DNA of 64,000 nucleotides, taken from contig OY820905.2 in the NCBI GenBank assembly GCA_963555755.3, positions 3,616,001 to 3,680,000 on the forward strand. The letters run 5' to 3'. The position numbers and the translations under genes were made by a program. The DNA is from Nitrospirales bacterium. GTDB lineage: Bacteria > Nitrospirota > Nitrospiria > Nitrospirales > UBA8639. The notes below the pieces were generated by a model. It was not told the DNA's origin. It saw only the letters and a list, made by a program, of their open reading frames with translations, and made no database searches. This document shows positions 39,901 through 49,862 of the stretch, piece by piece (the stretch's first letter is position 1; every line of letters begins with the position of its first letter).

Positions 39901-40077
39901 GATGATCAAGTCTGCCTTCATGACCCGTAGCATGGCCAGGGCGTGGTCACCGTTTTCAGCCTCTTCGATTTGATATCCGGCTCTGCCCAACGATTGACGA
40001 AAGAGGAGACGAATCGTCGGGTCATCATCGGCAATCAGGATAACGGACTTGGCACGAAGGTGAGATTGGGATTTCAT
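36997..40077 (-). CDS. REC-PAS-GAF-PAS-GGDEF-EAL c-di-GMP signalling protein
   Basis: ADDD/LDITMP receiver; RFGGDEF; YQPQ..VEALIRW; DDFGTGYSSLSYL. Confidence 0.93.
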   Translation of the reverse strand: MKSQSHLRAKSVILIADDDPTIRLLFRQSLGRAGYQIEEAENGDHALAMLRVMKADLIILDITMPGKSGFEVCAEFRKISGYECTPVLIATGHDNVDSITKAFEVGASDFLMKPINWELLPYRIHFLLRASREEKERIRAQDEVLRLNLQTQLLLTSAGEGICGLDASGRVSFMNNSGAELLCYDSAELIGEPLHTILCQTTEPSEPQDLSAFPIYLPLLDHCVQQSSEEVFWRKDGTNFIAEYVCTPTKLGDHITGAVVVFRDVTARTAMEQRERAHYAITRILAETQTVKDALARIVESICLILNWDLGLIWEADQDHTLLTFQDSQAPSSSQFVSFIDHCKHTSLPLGMGLAGRVWATGKPEWIEELHSSEGFLEWEARHSGQLTSAFGFPITIRNNTVAVMEFYSVAPQKIDEDLLSLFYSAGSQIGQLLERKQAETALRESQRQLAQAQHLAQLGYWQWDLRKGTFQLSKETCHLLDQTFDTFPGTPEAFEEAIHPNDREERSHTIQQALHSRTGYNLEYRLVAEEGRERIMCEVGELVLDDLGKPIQITGVIQDITERKFKEYQIHTLAHYDPLTNLPNRVMFHTLLEQSLAIRQRQNQPLAVLLLNIDRFTRINETLGYRTGDLLLQEVGTRILRSIRRSDTVARHQETESPTTLSRFGGDEFTILLTSFKSVENAATVARRVLAKLARPFHIGEQEIFITASIGISLSPNDGETGETLLQNAQVALQHAKENGRNTSHYFSPSMNASSSAKLTMESYLHKAIKRSEFVLYYQPQIDIRQQHIVGVEALIRWQHPERGIISPADFIPLAEESGLIKTIGEWALHTACRQHQRWREQGLPPIRIGVNLSSMQFRDQDWVVTIENVLKEGTLAPNYLELELTEGVVMRDVEEAMKTLHYLKKLGIGLAIDDFGTGYSSLSYLKRLPIDTIKIDRAFIKDLTTNAQDASITKAIIALGHSLDLRVIAEGVETEGQFQYLEEQGCDEIQGFFFSPAVPANAIVELFHAQSETLRARYQPAVPA

Positions 40078-40262
40078 GGGTGTTCCTCGGTCATGTTTTG
40101 GACCATTGATTCCGCCCCCGCGGGATGGGAAGAAGGGATGGTGTGTGCCAATTTGAATTCATCCATATCGGGTAAGTTTTGTCTAATAACCATGGCATAA
40201 AGATGTGGGCCTAGGATGTCCTCTTGGTTGAGGGGGCTGAGTGTCTGTGGTGTGCTGATAAT

Positions 40263-40438
40263 GGAAATGTTGAAAAAGGGCGTCAGCGGCGTTCTTTCTA
40301 AACGTGAAGCGTGAACCGTGATACGTGAAGCGGAAGAGTCGTTTTGTCTTTTACCTTCTTGCTTCCTTGACTCATCACGCATTACGCGTCACCCATTACG
40401 AATTAGGCCTTGCTGAACGCACCTTTTTGGACATCCCC
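40263..40438 (+). repeat. Repeat family B copy 7 with core replaced by a heptamer repeat (40303-40401)
   Basis: Family B arms around CGTGAAGCGTGAACCGTGATACGTGAAGCG...TCACGCATTACGCGTCAC. Confidence 0.7.
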
Positions 40439-40890
40439 TGTTGCTCTGGCGTTTCATAAGATGAGTCACATGTGAACGGCGTTATGAAAATTTTTTTAAG
40501 TAATCAACGTTCCCATAATAAATTTCCCACATGACAAATCATTCCTCTCATTCGTCTTTGGCAGGGGGAGGCACGAAGGTACACTTCCCCTTGAGCCATG
40601 CTTGGCACTGTGGATTCAAGAGGGCCAATAAGCTCAAAACGCTGACATACAGTTCTCTCGCCTGTTCGTCGGGATCTTGGCATCCTTTCTTAAACGATTT
40701 AGGCGGGCTTGAGAGCGAGAATCGGGTTGGCAGATGAAGATTTTTATCATTTATACCTATGGAAGTAAGGCGGATCGGGGAAGAATGGCCCTGGGAGGCT
40801 GTCCTGGATTAGCGATTGTCACGAGGATGTGCTGGTTTGAGTTAGATGTTTCAATCGTGTGAGACGAATAGTTGGGCTATTCAAGGAAAA

Positions 40891-41015
40891 CGGGGAAGGT
40901 TGAAAAAGGCCGTCCAGCAAGGCCGCAGGGCTTTTGGCGCGCGGAGCGTACACGGAGTACGTGAGCACGCCAAAAGCCCGAGAACGCAGCTGGCGGCCTT
41001 TTTCAACCTTCCCCG
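40891..41015 (-). repeat. Repeat family B copy 8
   Basis: Perfect 22-bp arms CGGGGAAGGTTGAAAAAGGCCG/CGGCCTTTTTCAACCTTCCCCG. Confidence 0.85.
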
Positions 41016-41216
41016 AAAAGGATGGGAAGATCTGGCCGGATCCAGCACCCCCGCAGTAGATTTGTCTAATTTGGGAAAGGCTCCAAAAAAAAACTAATAA
41101 AAGGAGAAAACTATTAATATTTCTCAAAATTGAACCGAAATATATCGAAATATACCGAAATGCATGGATTAAATCGATGCAATCGGACAAGTCCTATAAG
41201 AAAAGGATGACAAAAG

Positions 41217-41894
41217 ATGAAGATGAATAGGAGAATTGGTAAACACGATCAGGGTTTTACCCTGATCGAAATGATCGGGGTGTTGGCGGTGATCGCTGTA
41301 TTGGTGGCCTTAGTTCTCCCCAAAGTGTTTGGTGTCATCGGTGATTCGAAGGTGAATAGTTTCGCGGCCGCCGTAAGGACCTATGAAACAGCCGTGGTAA
41401 ATTATTACGCAGATATCGGATCGCTGCTTCCTTTAAATGCCTCGGGAGTGCCAACAGCGGAAACGGGAGGAAACAGCACGACGACGATCGGGTTGCCTGC
41501 GCGTTTAATGCTTGATGCCTCAGACGCTTTAAACGATGGCACTGGGAAATGGCCAAAGTTCCACGGGCCCTACCTGGCAAAAATCGATACCGTCTCCTCC
41601 CCGGGCCTTGGCGCGGCCATTACAATGCCTGCTACCTCCCCTGTGGCTTATGCGACGGCCACATCCAGCACCAATCTTGGGTGGGATTTAAACAATGATG
41701 GAAATAGTGATATGGCCACCTTATCGTCTGTCGTGTACGTGTCGGTCACAGACGTAAGTGATTCAGACTTCGAAAAAGTTGACGCTATTCTAGATCCAGG
41801 AATTGGGACAACAACAGCATTGAGGGTTCTTCGCGGGCGAGTCAAGTATGATGCGACTTCTGATGTGCTGCTTGTCTATCTGGCTCATGACTGA
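41217..41894 (+). CDS. Type IV pilin/pseudopilin (probable major pilin)
   Basis: Class III signal QG|FTLIEMIGVLAVIAVLVALVLP. Confidence 0.85.
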   Translation: MKMNRRIGKHDQGFTLIEMIGVLAVIAVLVALVLPKVFGVIGDSKVNSFAAAVRTYETAVVNYYADIGSLLPLNASGVPTAETGGNSTTTIGLPARLMLDASDALNDGTGKWPKFHGPYLAKIDTVSSPGLGAAITMPATSPVAYATATSSTNLGWDLNNDGNSDMATLSSVVYVSVTDVSDSDFEKVDAILDPGIGTTTALRVLRGRVKYDATSDVLLVYLAHD

Positions 41895-42149
41895 TGAAAA
41901 CGTTATCTTAGGTGATCTCTAAGGAGGAGTAACGGGGGATAAATCTTGCTCACGGTATCACCACTCCTACAGTCACCAAATTCCAGGAGGGCCTAATCCC
42001 TCCAGGTTTCCACCCTTTGGCTAAGAGTCAAATCGTTGAGACACGTTCATGCGAGCATGAAGGTTATTCATCCCAAATCCATCTCCACGGAGATGATGGG
42101 GGTGGTGACGATTCCCATCGCTTGATACCTCCCTAAAAAGTCTTTCTTT

Positions 42150-43838
42150 ATGTCTGGCAATCCAGAAACGTCAGCTCTCTCCTCCCTTCCCCTTGGCCAG
42201 CGTCTTCTCTGCGCAGGGTTACTATCAGAAGAGCAATTAGATTTAGCTCTGCGGGAAGAAAAACGGCTGAGCGTGGATCTGGGGGAAGTATTGCAAACCC
42301 TGGGATTTGTCAGCCAGGAAGTCCTGACATTTTTTCTGGCTGGGGAAACGCAGGCGAAACTGGTTAATGTCTCTGACTATGAGATCGACCCTCACGTCCT
42401 CCAACTTCTCTCCTATGACATAGCCAAGAAGTTTCAAGTTCTGCCCATCACACGAGAGGGTATGCGGCTGACCATCGCCTTAAGTGATACGTACAATGTG
42501 ATAGCCGTGGATACGATAGAGCGGATAACCGGCCTGATAACAGAGGTGGTGGCAGCCACACCCATGGCTCTGGCGGAAGCCATTGAAAAATATTATGCCA
42601 AGACCCGATCGATTAATGAAACGGTGGATGAAATTTTATCGGAGGGGGTGTCGACTCTGAGCCAAGCGAAGGGCACAGAAGCGCCGATGATCCGATTGTG
42701 TAATCAAATTGTGTTGCATGCGGTGGATCATCGGGTGACGGATATTCATGTCGAACCAGATGAAAAAGTTGTGCGAATTCGTATGCGAGTGGACGGGATC
42801 CTCCATCAGGAAGTACTCATGCCAAAGTCATTGCAACCTGCACTCACCGCACGATTCAAATTAATGGCAGGTCTCAACGTGACCGAAAAACGGGTCCCAC
42901 AAGATGGACGCATTTCTTTTTCCCTAGGTTCTAGAGCACTGGATCTCCGTGTCTCGACACTACCGACCAATTTTGGTGAGAGTATTGTGCTCCGCGTGTT
43001 GGATAAATCCAATGTGAAGCTGCAATTCCCAGCGTTGGGACTGAGTCCCCCGGATGAGGAAACCGTGCGATCACTCATCACTCGCCCCCATGGCATCATT
43101 TTGGTCACCGGCCCCACAGGCAGTGGAAAAACGACTACCTTGTACACGGCCCTGTCGGCGATCGATGCCCAAGAAAAAAGCGTGTTTACCTTGGAGGATC
43201 CGATTGAGTATCAAATGCCACTGGTGCGGCAAACGCAAGTGAATCCTGAAGTCGGGATGACCTTTGCTGCTGGTCTGCGTGCACTGCTCCGGCAAGATCC
43301 TGATGTCATTTTAGTAGGAGAAATTCGTGATAAAGAGACAGCCGACCTAGCCTTTCGTGCGGCCATGACTGGGCATCTCGTGTTCTCCACGCTCCATACG
43401 ATCGATGCGGTGGGGGCCATTCCTCGCCTGTTGGATATGGGAGTCGAACCCTTTTTGATCCCTTCAGCGTTACTGGCTGTCGTGGGCCAGCGTCTGGTTC
43501 GGTGTATTTGTCCGCATTGTAAAGTTCCGTTGGAAGACCCAACAGCCCTATTACGAAGTCACAACATTGACCCATTTCCAGAAGAGCCCACGCAGCTCTG
43601 GGAAGGGAAAGGGTGTGACGCCTGCCTGCAATCAGGGTATCTGGGCCGACGTGGGATCTATGAAATCCTTGTATTAAATGACCAGTTGCATGGTCCTATT
43701 CAACGTGGACCCAATATTCCAGAAATTCGTCTCCTCGCTCGAAAAGCAGGGATGAAGAGTATGTTTGAAGATGGACTTCTGAAAGCTGGTCAAGGCGTCA
43801 CGACGATCCAGGAAGTCATGCGGGTGATTGGTGACTAA
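42150..43838 (+). CDS. GspE/PilB/MshE-family assembly ATPase
   Basis: GPTGSGKTTT, EDPIEY, LRQDPDVILVGEIRD, Zn tetracysteine; MshEN-like N-terminus. Confidence 0.93.
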   Translation: MSGNPETSALSSLPLGQRLLCAGLLSEEQLDLALREEKRLSVDLGEVLQTLGFVSQEVLTFFLAGETQAKLVNVSDYEIDPHVLQLLSYDIAKKFQVLPITREGMRLTIALSDTYNVIAVDTIERITGLITEVVAATPMALAEAIEKYYAKTRSINETVDEILSEGVSTLSQAKGTEAPMIRLCNQIVLHAVDHRVTDIHVEPDEKVVRIRMRVDGILHQEVLMPKSLQPALTARFKLMAGLNVTEKRVPQDGRISFSLGSRALDLRVSTLPTNFGESIVLRVLDKSNVKLQFPALGLSPPDEETVRSLITRPHGIILVTGPTGSGKTTTLYTALSAIDAQEKSVFTLEDPIEYQMPLVRQTQVNPEVGMTFAAGLRALLRQDPDVILVGEIRDKETADLAFRAAMTGHLVFSTLHTIDAVGAIPRLLDMGVEPFLIPSALLAVVGQRLVRCICPHCKVPLEDPTALLRSHNIDPFPEEPTQLWEGKGCDACLQSGYLGRRGIYEILVLNDQLHGPIQRGPNIPEIRLLARKAGMKSMFEDGLLKAGQGVTTIQEVMRVIGD

Positions 43839-45036
43839 GTTTCAATACCGAGCCGTGTCCCGGCAAGGAGCAGTTGTCAAGGGGATACTGGGTGCGAATA
43901 CTCTTCAAGACCTGGAGAGCAAACTGAGTCAAGACGGACTGTGGTTAGTCAAGGCACACGAAACGGCAAAATCCACAGGGTCCTCACAACGCGTGTCCGG
44001 AAAAGTCGACCGGGAACTCGCAGAGTTTGCCATCAGCATGAACGGCCTCATGACCGCAGGCGTTCCATTATTGGATGCCTTGGGCGGAGTGGTTGAACAC
44101 ACCGTACATCCTGGGTTGAAGGCGGTGTTGAGTGCCATGTGGAAAAAGGTGGAATCCGGTGACACCCTTCATGCGGCCATGGCCGAGCACCCCAACGTAT
44201 TTCCAACGATGGTGGTGAACCTGGTGCAAGCCGGTGAAGAAAGTGGAACCTTACCGGAAATATTTTTTGAACTCCATCGGTATTTGGAGTGGATGGAACG
44301 GATGAAGGGTGATGTACGTCAGGCCACACTCTATCCTGCCATGGTGCTCCTGGCCGTCTGTGGGCTTCTTGTCCTGTTGTTTACGTTTGTGATTCCACAA
44401 TTTATTCCGGTATTGGAGTCACTAGAGATTCAACTGCCCTGGTTGACGGATGTGATGTTCAGAGTCAGTGAAACCATGGTGGCTACGTGGTGGCTCTGGA
44501 GCCTGCTGGTGGTGGCAGGTCCGTTGACGTTCATGATCGTGCGATCAAGGGTGCCAAAGATGGCGTGGTGGATCGATAAGGGGAAACTGCAGCTGCCGGT
44601 ATTTGGGGGATTACTGCAGATGTTAGCGCTGTCTCGATTTACCCACAATTTCGCCATGTTGACCCGATCAGGAATTTCGGTGTTGGACTGTTTGCATTTG
44701 TGTCAAGGAGTGGTGGGAAATCAGGTGATGGACCGCGCGCTGGGGGAAACGGAACAAGCGGTGAAAGAGGGGCGTACGCTCAGTGAGTCGCTGGGACGGC
44801 ATGCGGTGTTTCCCCCACTCTTTATTCAAATGGTGTCGGTCGGTGAAAGATCAGGGAAGCTGGAACAAACCATGAGTAAAGTGGCCGCATTTTATAGTGA
44901 AGAAATTCCACGACGAGTCAAAAAAATGTTTGGCGTTCTCGAACCTCTTCTCACCTTGGCTTTGATCAGTATTGTCGGAACCGTGGCCCTAGCCATTTTT
45001 CTCCCCATCCTGACGCTGATGGGTGGAATCCGGTAA
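43828..45036 (+). CDS. GspF/PilC/MshG inner-membrane platform protein
   Basis: AGEESGTL, YPAMV, GERSGKL and LEPLL motifs. Confidence 0.93.
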   Translation: MVTKFQYRAVSRQGAVVKGILGANTLQDLESKLSQDGLWLVKAHETAKSTGSSQRVSGKVDRELAEFAISMNGLMTAGVPLLDALGGVVEHTVHPGLKAVLSAMWKKVESGDTLHAAMAEHPNVFPTMVVNLVQAGEESGTLPEIFFELHRYLEWMERMKGDVRQATLYPAMVLLAVCGLLVLLFTFVIPQFIPVLESLEIQLPWLTDVMFRVSETMVATWWLWSLLVVAGPLTFMIVRSRVPKMAWWIDKGKLQLPVFGGLLQMLALSRFTHNFAMLTRSGISVLDCLHLCQGVVGNQVMDRALGETEQAVKEGRTLSESLGRHAVFPPLFIQMVSVGERSGKLEQTMSKVAAFYSEEIPRRVKKMFGVLEPLLTLALISIVGTVALAIFLPILTLMGGIR

Positions 45037-45142
45037 ATCAGGGAAAAGATTACCCATCTCACCTCACCATGTGGCAATACTGAAAGGTATGTACCCACAA
45101 CCTGCCTTAGGATCCCCTAACGGATACCGATAATGAGAAGAT

Positions 45143-46786
45143 ATGTGCTCTTGTCTCAACCGATCCCGGTCGATCAACGGATTTACCCTTCTCGACCTCA
45201 TAGGCATTCTGGCTGCCATGGCTATTCTTGCAGCGGTACTGCTTCCCAACGCCATTAGTCATCTCTACCAACAGTCGCTGGATACGGAGCAGAAGCATCT
45301 CGAAACCATCGCCAAGGGCGTGGAAGTCTATTTCTACAAGAATTTGGCGTTTCCGCCGACACTGGCGTCTCTTACCCCCGACTATGTGCCGTACCCCACG
45401 GCGCAATTAACCGACAATGAGCGGGGGTATGAGCGGTATTACTCTGTACACCCGACCATGGATAGTTTTTCCAATCCCTCCGGGCTTTCGAGCAGTGATG
45501 TGGACGATGCGCGGTTTCTCCTCATTTCCAACCTGACACAGGATGAGGCCCCGGGGATAAACAATGCCGCTCAATTTGAGACCTGGTGGACGACCGATGA
45601 GTCAGCCACCCCGGGGCTGCATATCTATCGCGGCAATCTGGGAGACGGTTTTTATCAGCTGACCATCACAGGCGAGGGGGCTGGGGCCAGTTACCAGCTG
45701 AATGGGACCGCCACCAATTCCGGCGGGACGACGCTCACCACCCATACCAAACATCATTTGATTGGCACCCCGATCAAATTCGACGAAGCCGATACGTATG
45801 CCACCCCTGAAGTGCAGTTTGCCCTCACCACCAACACCGCGTATTGGTTTAATCCGACGTGCACGGTGGGGAAGCAGTGGAATCCGCTAGTTCCGGATTG
45901 TGGATCGGTTCTGTGGCTCTCCGCTACGGGACAGGTAGGTGGAACCCCTGGGCTTTCTTCCTGGAAGGACGCCCAGATTGTGGTGTTCGAGAGCCCGAAT
46001 TTGACCTACCAAAATGGGCCTGCCAGCGCTACTGATGGCACATTTGCTTTGGTGTCGGACATGGAAGATTTTACTCAAACCACGGATGTGGATGGCATGC
46101 ATTACGTGACCCAAAACCTCATGGTGGGGAGCTCCAGCACCATCGATTTATTCGTTGGCGATGTCTTGCTCTCCCTCGATTCCGACGAAACCTTGAACAG
46201 TACGAACTCATTGACCGTGGATAGCAACGATGTCTTTATTTTCCGCCCTGATACAGCAGGAGATTACTCCGCCGGCACGTTCATCATGCTGATCGACGAA
46301 TCGGATATTGGCTATGGGAGTATAATTGGGCTGTCACTGGTTGAAACCACGACATCCGTGGGTGGCATTACTTTGAATGCCGGGGATTTCCTGTTGTCCG
46401 AATCCGGGAGTGCTGCGGTTATCGACCGGTTTGTGCCCGATAACATCGGCACGCCCACTAGCGGAACAGTCACGATGCTAGTCGAGGGGAGTGACATCAA
46501 CATTTCCAGCAATGAGATCAATGGAATTCATCTTGTGACGAGCGATGTCCCAGTGGGGGATGTGAATCTGACAGCCGGTCAAATCTTGACCTCGTTATCT
46601 TCCGCCGACAGTTCTACTGGGGACAACAGCATTTCGACGGACGATTCGGACATTTTCATTCTGGACGTCACCACCGCCGGTTCCAATACCGCGGCGAACG
46701 CCACTTTGTTTTTGGATGGCAGTGACGTAAGCTTGAACGTTAATAACGAAGACGTTGATGGGATCACCTTGATGGGATCACCTTAA
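45143..46786 (+). CDS. Large minor pilin with acidic repeat C-terminal domain
   Basis: NG|FTLLDLIGILAAMAIL; N-terminal ~250 aa paralogous to 47550-48422; C-terminal DVDG.../GD.LLS repeats. Confidence 0.8.
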   Translation: MCSCLNRSRSINGFTLLDLIGILAAMAILAAVLLPNAISHLYQQSLDTEQKHLETIAKGVEVYFYKNLAFPPTLASLTPDYVPYPTAQLTDNERGYERYYSVHPTMDSFSNPSGLSSSDVDDARFLLISNLTQDEAPGINNAAQFETWWTTDESATPGLHIYRGNLGDGFYQLTITGEGAGASYQLNGTATNSGGTTLTTHTKHHLIGTPIKFDEADTYATPEVQFALTTNTAYWFNPTCTVGKQWNPLVPDCGSVLWLSATGQVGGTPGLSSWKDAQIVVFESPNLTYQNGPASATDGTFALVSDMEDFTQTTDVDGMHYVTQNLMVGSSSTIDLFVGDVLLSLDSDETLNSTNSLTVDSNDVFIFRPDTAGDYSAGTFIMLIDESDIGYGSIIGLSLVETTTSVGGITLNAGDFLLSESGSAAVIDRFVPDNIGTPTSGTVTMLVEGSDINISSNEINGIHLVTSDVPVGDVNLTAGQILTSLSSADSSTGDNSISTDDSDIFILDVTTAGSNTAANATLFLDGSDVSLNVNNEDVDGITLMGSP

Positions 46787-46792
46787 ATGGAA

Positions 46793-47110
46793 ATGGATCA
46801 GGTTCTTCGTCGAGCGTTGCCGTGACGATGACGACGAACGTTATAGAGAATCCGACGTTTACCTTCGCTACCGCTACACGGATGGCGGTGTCTGCAGTGG
46901 TGCTTAATCAGGCGGCTGCGACCCACCGTGACCGCGGGTGGCGGACTGGTGGTACGAGAGTTCTGGATTGCCGCCAGCTCCGATGATGCCGAGGAAAGGG
47001 CTTCCGGCAGTGTGAGACGCACCAGCAGCGACCGGGAGCTGGTGCTCGACCGAGAGGGCGATCCGACGGTCCGGTTTCATTTCGGGGGACAGTATACTTC
47101 ATTCGATTCA
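46793..47110 (+). pseudogene. Decayed fragment of an extracellular adhesin-type domain
   Basis: Frame-broken; contains IAASSDDAEERASGSV..TSSD.ELV.D...TV.F, a motif I recognise from surface proteins. Confidence 0.45.
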
Positions 47111-47314
47111 GTGGCGGCGTAACGGCGCGGATCTGCCTGTTGGGCCAAGGAGCATTGAGTGACTGTTATGAGGCGAGAAGGGGAGACAGGTTCCAACCTT
47201 CCTGTCGGAGTCGATTAGGCCCAGGAAAATATCGGACAGTCCTGGAGCCCTGTGTGAGTGGATGTGGGGTAAGCCCCATAGACCTACTCCACTGAATCCT
47301 TTCGATTTAGTTAT

Positions 47315-47455
47315 GGACACCTCAAAAAACCGTCCTTTTCCGTGATGGCGGCGTCAGCCGCGTGCTCACATCCTCATGTATTCGCCCATACACTCCGGTT
47401 TTCCGCGCGCGGCTTCCTTGCCCTCACAAAAAATACCTGGTTTGTAGAGGTGCCC
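47315..47455 (+). mobile_element. MITE/repeat family E copy 2
   Basis: Near-identical to 32242-32383. Confidence 0.85.
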
Positions 47456-47549
47456 TTATTAATCTTCCCTAACCATCAAGAATTGCCACTTTCCCTCCGA
47501 AACATGAGATGAAGTCTATCTCTAGGGGAGGGATGGCTATATCCGAACT

Positions 47550-48422
47550 ATGCACTCAATCTGGAGCTCGGGCTTAAGGAAAATCAAGGGAGTATTAGAA
47601 AGAAGAAGCCAAGGGATAATGGAACGTGCTAAAAGGAGGGAATTACTTCAGGGGCCGTTTTTTGTTTGCCCCTTGCGGGGGAATAGTGCCTTTACCCTCA
47701 TTGAACTGATTGGCGTCCTCGCCATTATTTCTATCTTGGCCGGAATGATTGCTCCTAATGTCATCGGACGCATTAAGGCAGCAACGCAGGATGCAGAGGT
47801 ACAGAATTTGAAAGTCATTGCCCAAGGCATCGAATTATACTTGCGAAAGAATCGGGATTTTCCGGCTACCTTGTCTGCCTTGAGTCCTGAATACGTTCCC
47901 TTTCCACCGGCCCAATTAACGAGCAATACGAACGATTACCCCCGGTATTATTTTGTTCAACCGAATCTCAGCAGTTTCAGCAATGCCACAGGCCTCACGT
48001 CGAGCGAATTGGCCGATGCTCGGTTTTTAGTGATTTCTCAATTAAACCAAGATGCTGCACCTACTATAAACAACGATGCTCAATTTGAATCCTGGTGGAA
48101 TACTGATGAAACCTCTACCCCGGACCTGAAAATTTATCGCGGGCATGTCGGACATCTCTTTTATCTCATCAGTCTGAGTGCAGATGGAGCCGGAGGAAGT
48201 TATTCGATTGATGGCACCGCGACCAACTCTGGTGGTTCCACCTTATCGCTCCACACGAACTATCATATCGCTGGTACGCGCGTGGCTTTAGATGAAGCCA
48301 ATACCTACGCTACTTCCGAAGTGGAGTTCGCTTTGACGGTTCAGACCGGGTATCAATTTGACCCGGATTGCACTGCAGGGTCCCAATGGAGGGTGATTAG
48401 TAGTGGATGTTATAGCAGCTAG
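47550..48422 (+). CDS. Minor pilin/pseudopilin (start uncertain)
   Basis: SA|FTLIELIGVLAIISILAGMIAP; C-terminal Cys pair. Confidence 0.8.
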   Translation: MHSIWSSGLRKIKGVLERRSQGIMERAKRRELLQGPFFVCPLRGNSAFTLIELIGVLAIISILAGMIAPNVIGRIKAATQDAEVQNLKVIAQGIELYLRKNRDFPATLSALSPEYVPFPPAQLTSNTNDYPRYYFVQPNLSSFSNATGLTSSELADARFLVISQLNQDAAPTINNDAQFESWWNTDETSTPDLKIYRGHVGHLFYLISLSADGAGGSYSIDGTATNSGGSTLSLHTNYHIAGTRVALDEANTYATSEVEFALTVQTGYQFDPDCTAGSQWRVISSGCYSS

Positions 48423-48449
48423 AGAAACTCAGGTGCTCGGGAGAAAAAC

Positions 48450-49862
48450 ATGAAGAGGAACAACACTCTTCAAACTGTTCTTGGCGTCAGTCTCATCCAC
48501 GGCCAATTTTTGGCTTCTGCATTTGTCAAAGGGGAGATGACTGGGAGTTGGAGCGCCCCGAGTGTGGTTGAGGGAGTTGATCAAATCCAAATGGCTCTGG
48601 CCGAAGCCATTCGAGCAACCCACTTTCCTGGTCAAACTGTCAGTCTCCTTGTTGAGGATAGACGATTGGTTCATCAATACCATCTTGTCCCACCCATGAG
48701 CAAAAAAGATCTGGACGTGTATCTGGATCGTATGGCTGATCGGGAAAAATGGGGAGAAGGCCCCGCTGTGTGGAGATATCGAACAGCCATGGGTGGACGA
48801 GGCCAGCAGGGGGTGTTGCTTGATGTCTGGCCTCAATCATATGTGGATGAGGTGATCCAGGCGTGTCAAGCCGTGCAATTAACTCCAGTTCACCTCTTTC
48901 CCTTGTCAGCTGTCTTTGTCGATCAGGTGCGAACCTTGGGGGCAGAACCGGATGATGTCTTGCTGCTGGTGACTCGTGCAGTGGGGAAAATCGTGTTGGT
49001 CATTGCGACGGGAGAAGGAAAGCCACTTTTTGATCGATTCCTGAGTGGAAATGTTGAGGAAGCGCAGAGTCCTGCCCGGATAGGACAGGAAATCACCCGG
49101 ACCTTGTTATTTGTCAATCAGCAATTTGAAAAACAGGTTGGCCAGGTATGGGTGATGGGGGAGTCCGAAGGGTTTTCTGCTGAGGCCATCCAACCTCATG
49201 TTGACATGCCTATTTTGGGGTCTCCGATTGTTCCCGATCCTGCCTATTGGATTTTTATTGGAACGAACCTTCCCCCCACTCATGACACGAACTTTATCCC
49301 CAAAGAGATTCGTCAGGGACCGAGGCGGAGAGCCATGGCGAAAATTTCAGTAGCACTCCTTGTTGGGCTCGTCTGTTTTTCTGTGAGTATGACCAGTCTT
49401 ATTGAGGCACTGTTAGCTCGAGGTCAATCCATGGCAGCGATGATTCACGATCAAGTCCAAGACAGGCAACGAGAGAAAGGTGAATGGGTGGGACGGGTTG
49501 AGGCCTATCAATCTCAACAGGCGTGGGCTCAAACGATCCTGACGAATCGTGTCCCTCCATTGGCGGGGTGGTTTCTTGGCTACCTCGGGGAAATTCTTCC
49601 TGATGAATTGGTCTTAGACCGCGTTTCTGTTGTCAGGGATGGTGCTGGTTGGGATGTGGCCCTGAGTGGGACAGGTCCTCAACAGCCTTCGGTCGGTGTT
49701 GACAGGCTTAAGCTCTTTGAAGAGCGTTTGGTTCAAGGCCCCTATCATGTGGTCATGACCAAACGGTGGCAAGATGGGTGGCTGAAAGGGTTTGGGAGTG
49801 GGAGCAGTCATTCAACTGATCGGTCTCGTCATCGATTTGAGATGGAAGGGCGAATTCAATGA
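48450..49862 (+). CDS. PilM/PilN-like (GspL/MshI-like) alignment protein
   Basis: Cytoplasmic actin-like-sized domain, NFIP motif, TM, periplasmic ILPDELVLDRV; position in the cluster. Confidence 0.6.
   Translation: MKRNNTLQTVLGVSLIHGQFLASAFVKGEMTGSWSAPSVVEGVDQIQMALAEAIRATHFPGQTVSLLVEDRRLVHQYHLVPPMSKKDLDVYLDRMADREKWGEGPAVWRYRTAMGGRGQQGVLLDVWPQSYVDEVIQACQAVQLTPVHLFPLSAVFVDQVRTLGAEPDDVLLLVTRAVGKIVLVIATGEGKPLFDRFLSGNVEEAQSPARIGQEITRTLLFVNQQFEKQVGQVWVMGESEGFSAEAIQPHVDMPILGSPIVPDPAYWIFIGTNLPPTHDTNFIPKEIRQGPRRRAMAKISVALLVGLVCFSVSMTSLIEALLARGQSMAAMIHDQVQDRQREKGEWVGRVEAYQSQQAWAQTILTNRVPPLAGWFLGYLGEILPDELVLDRVSVVRDGAGWDVALSGTGPQQPSVGVDRLKLFEERLVQGPYHVVMTKRWQDGWLKGFGSGSSHSTDRSRHRFEMEGRIQ

Noticed and set aside
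40500..42149. c-di-GMP riboswitch upstream of the pilus genes
   Set aside because: No GEMM-type GCAAAC/GAAA..GGGACGCAAAGCC pattern found.
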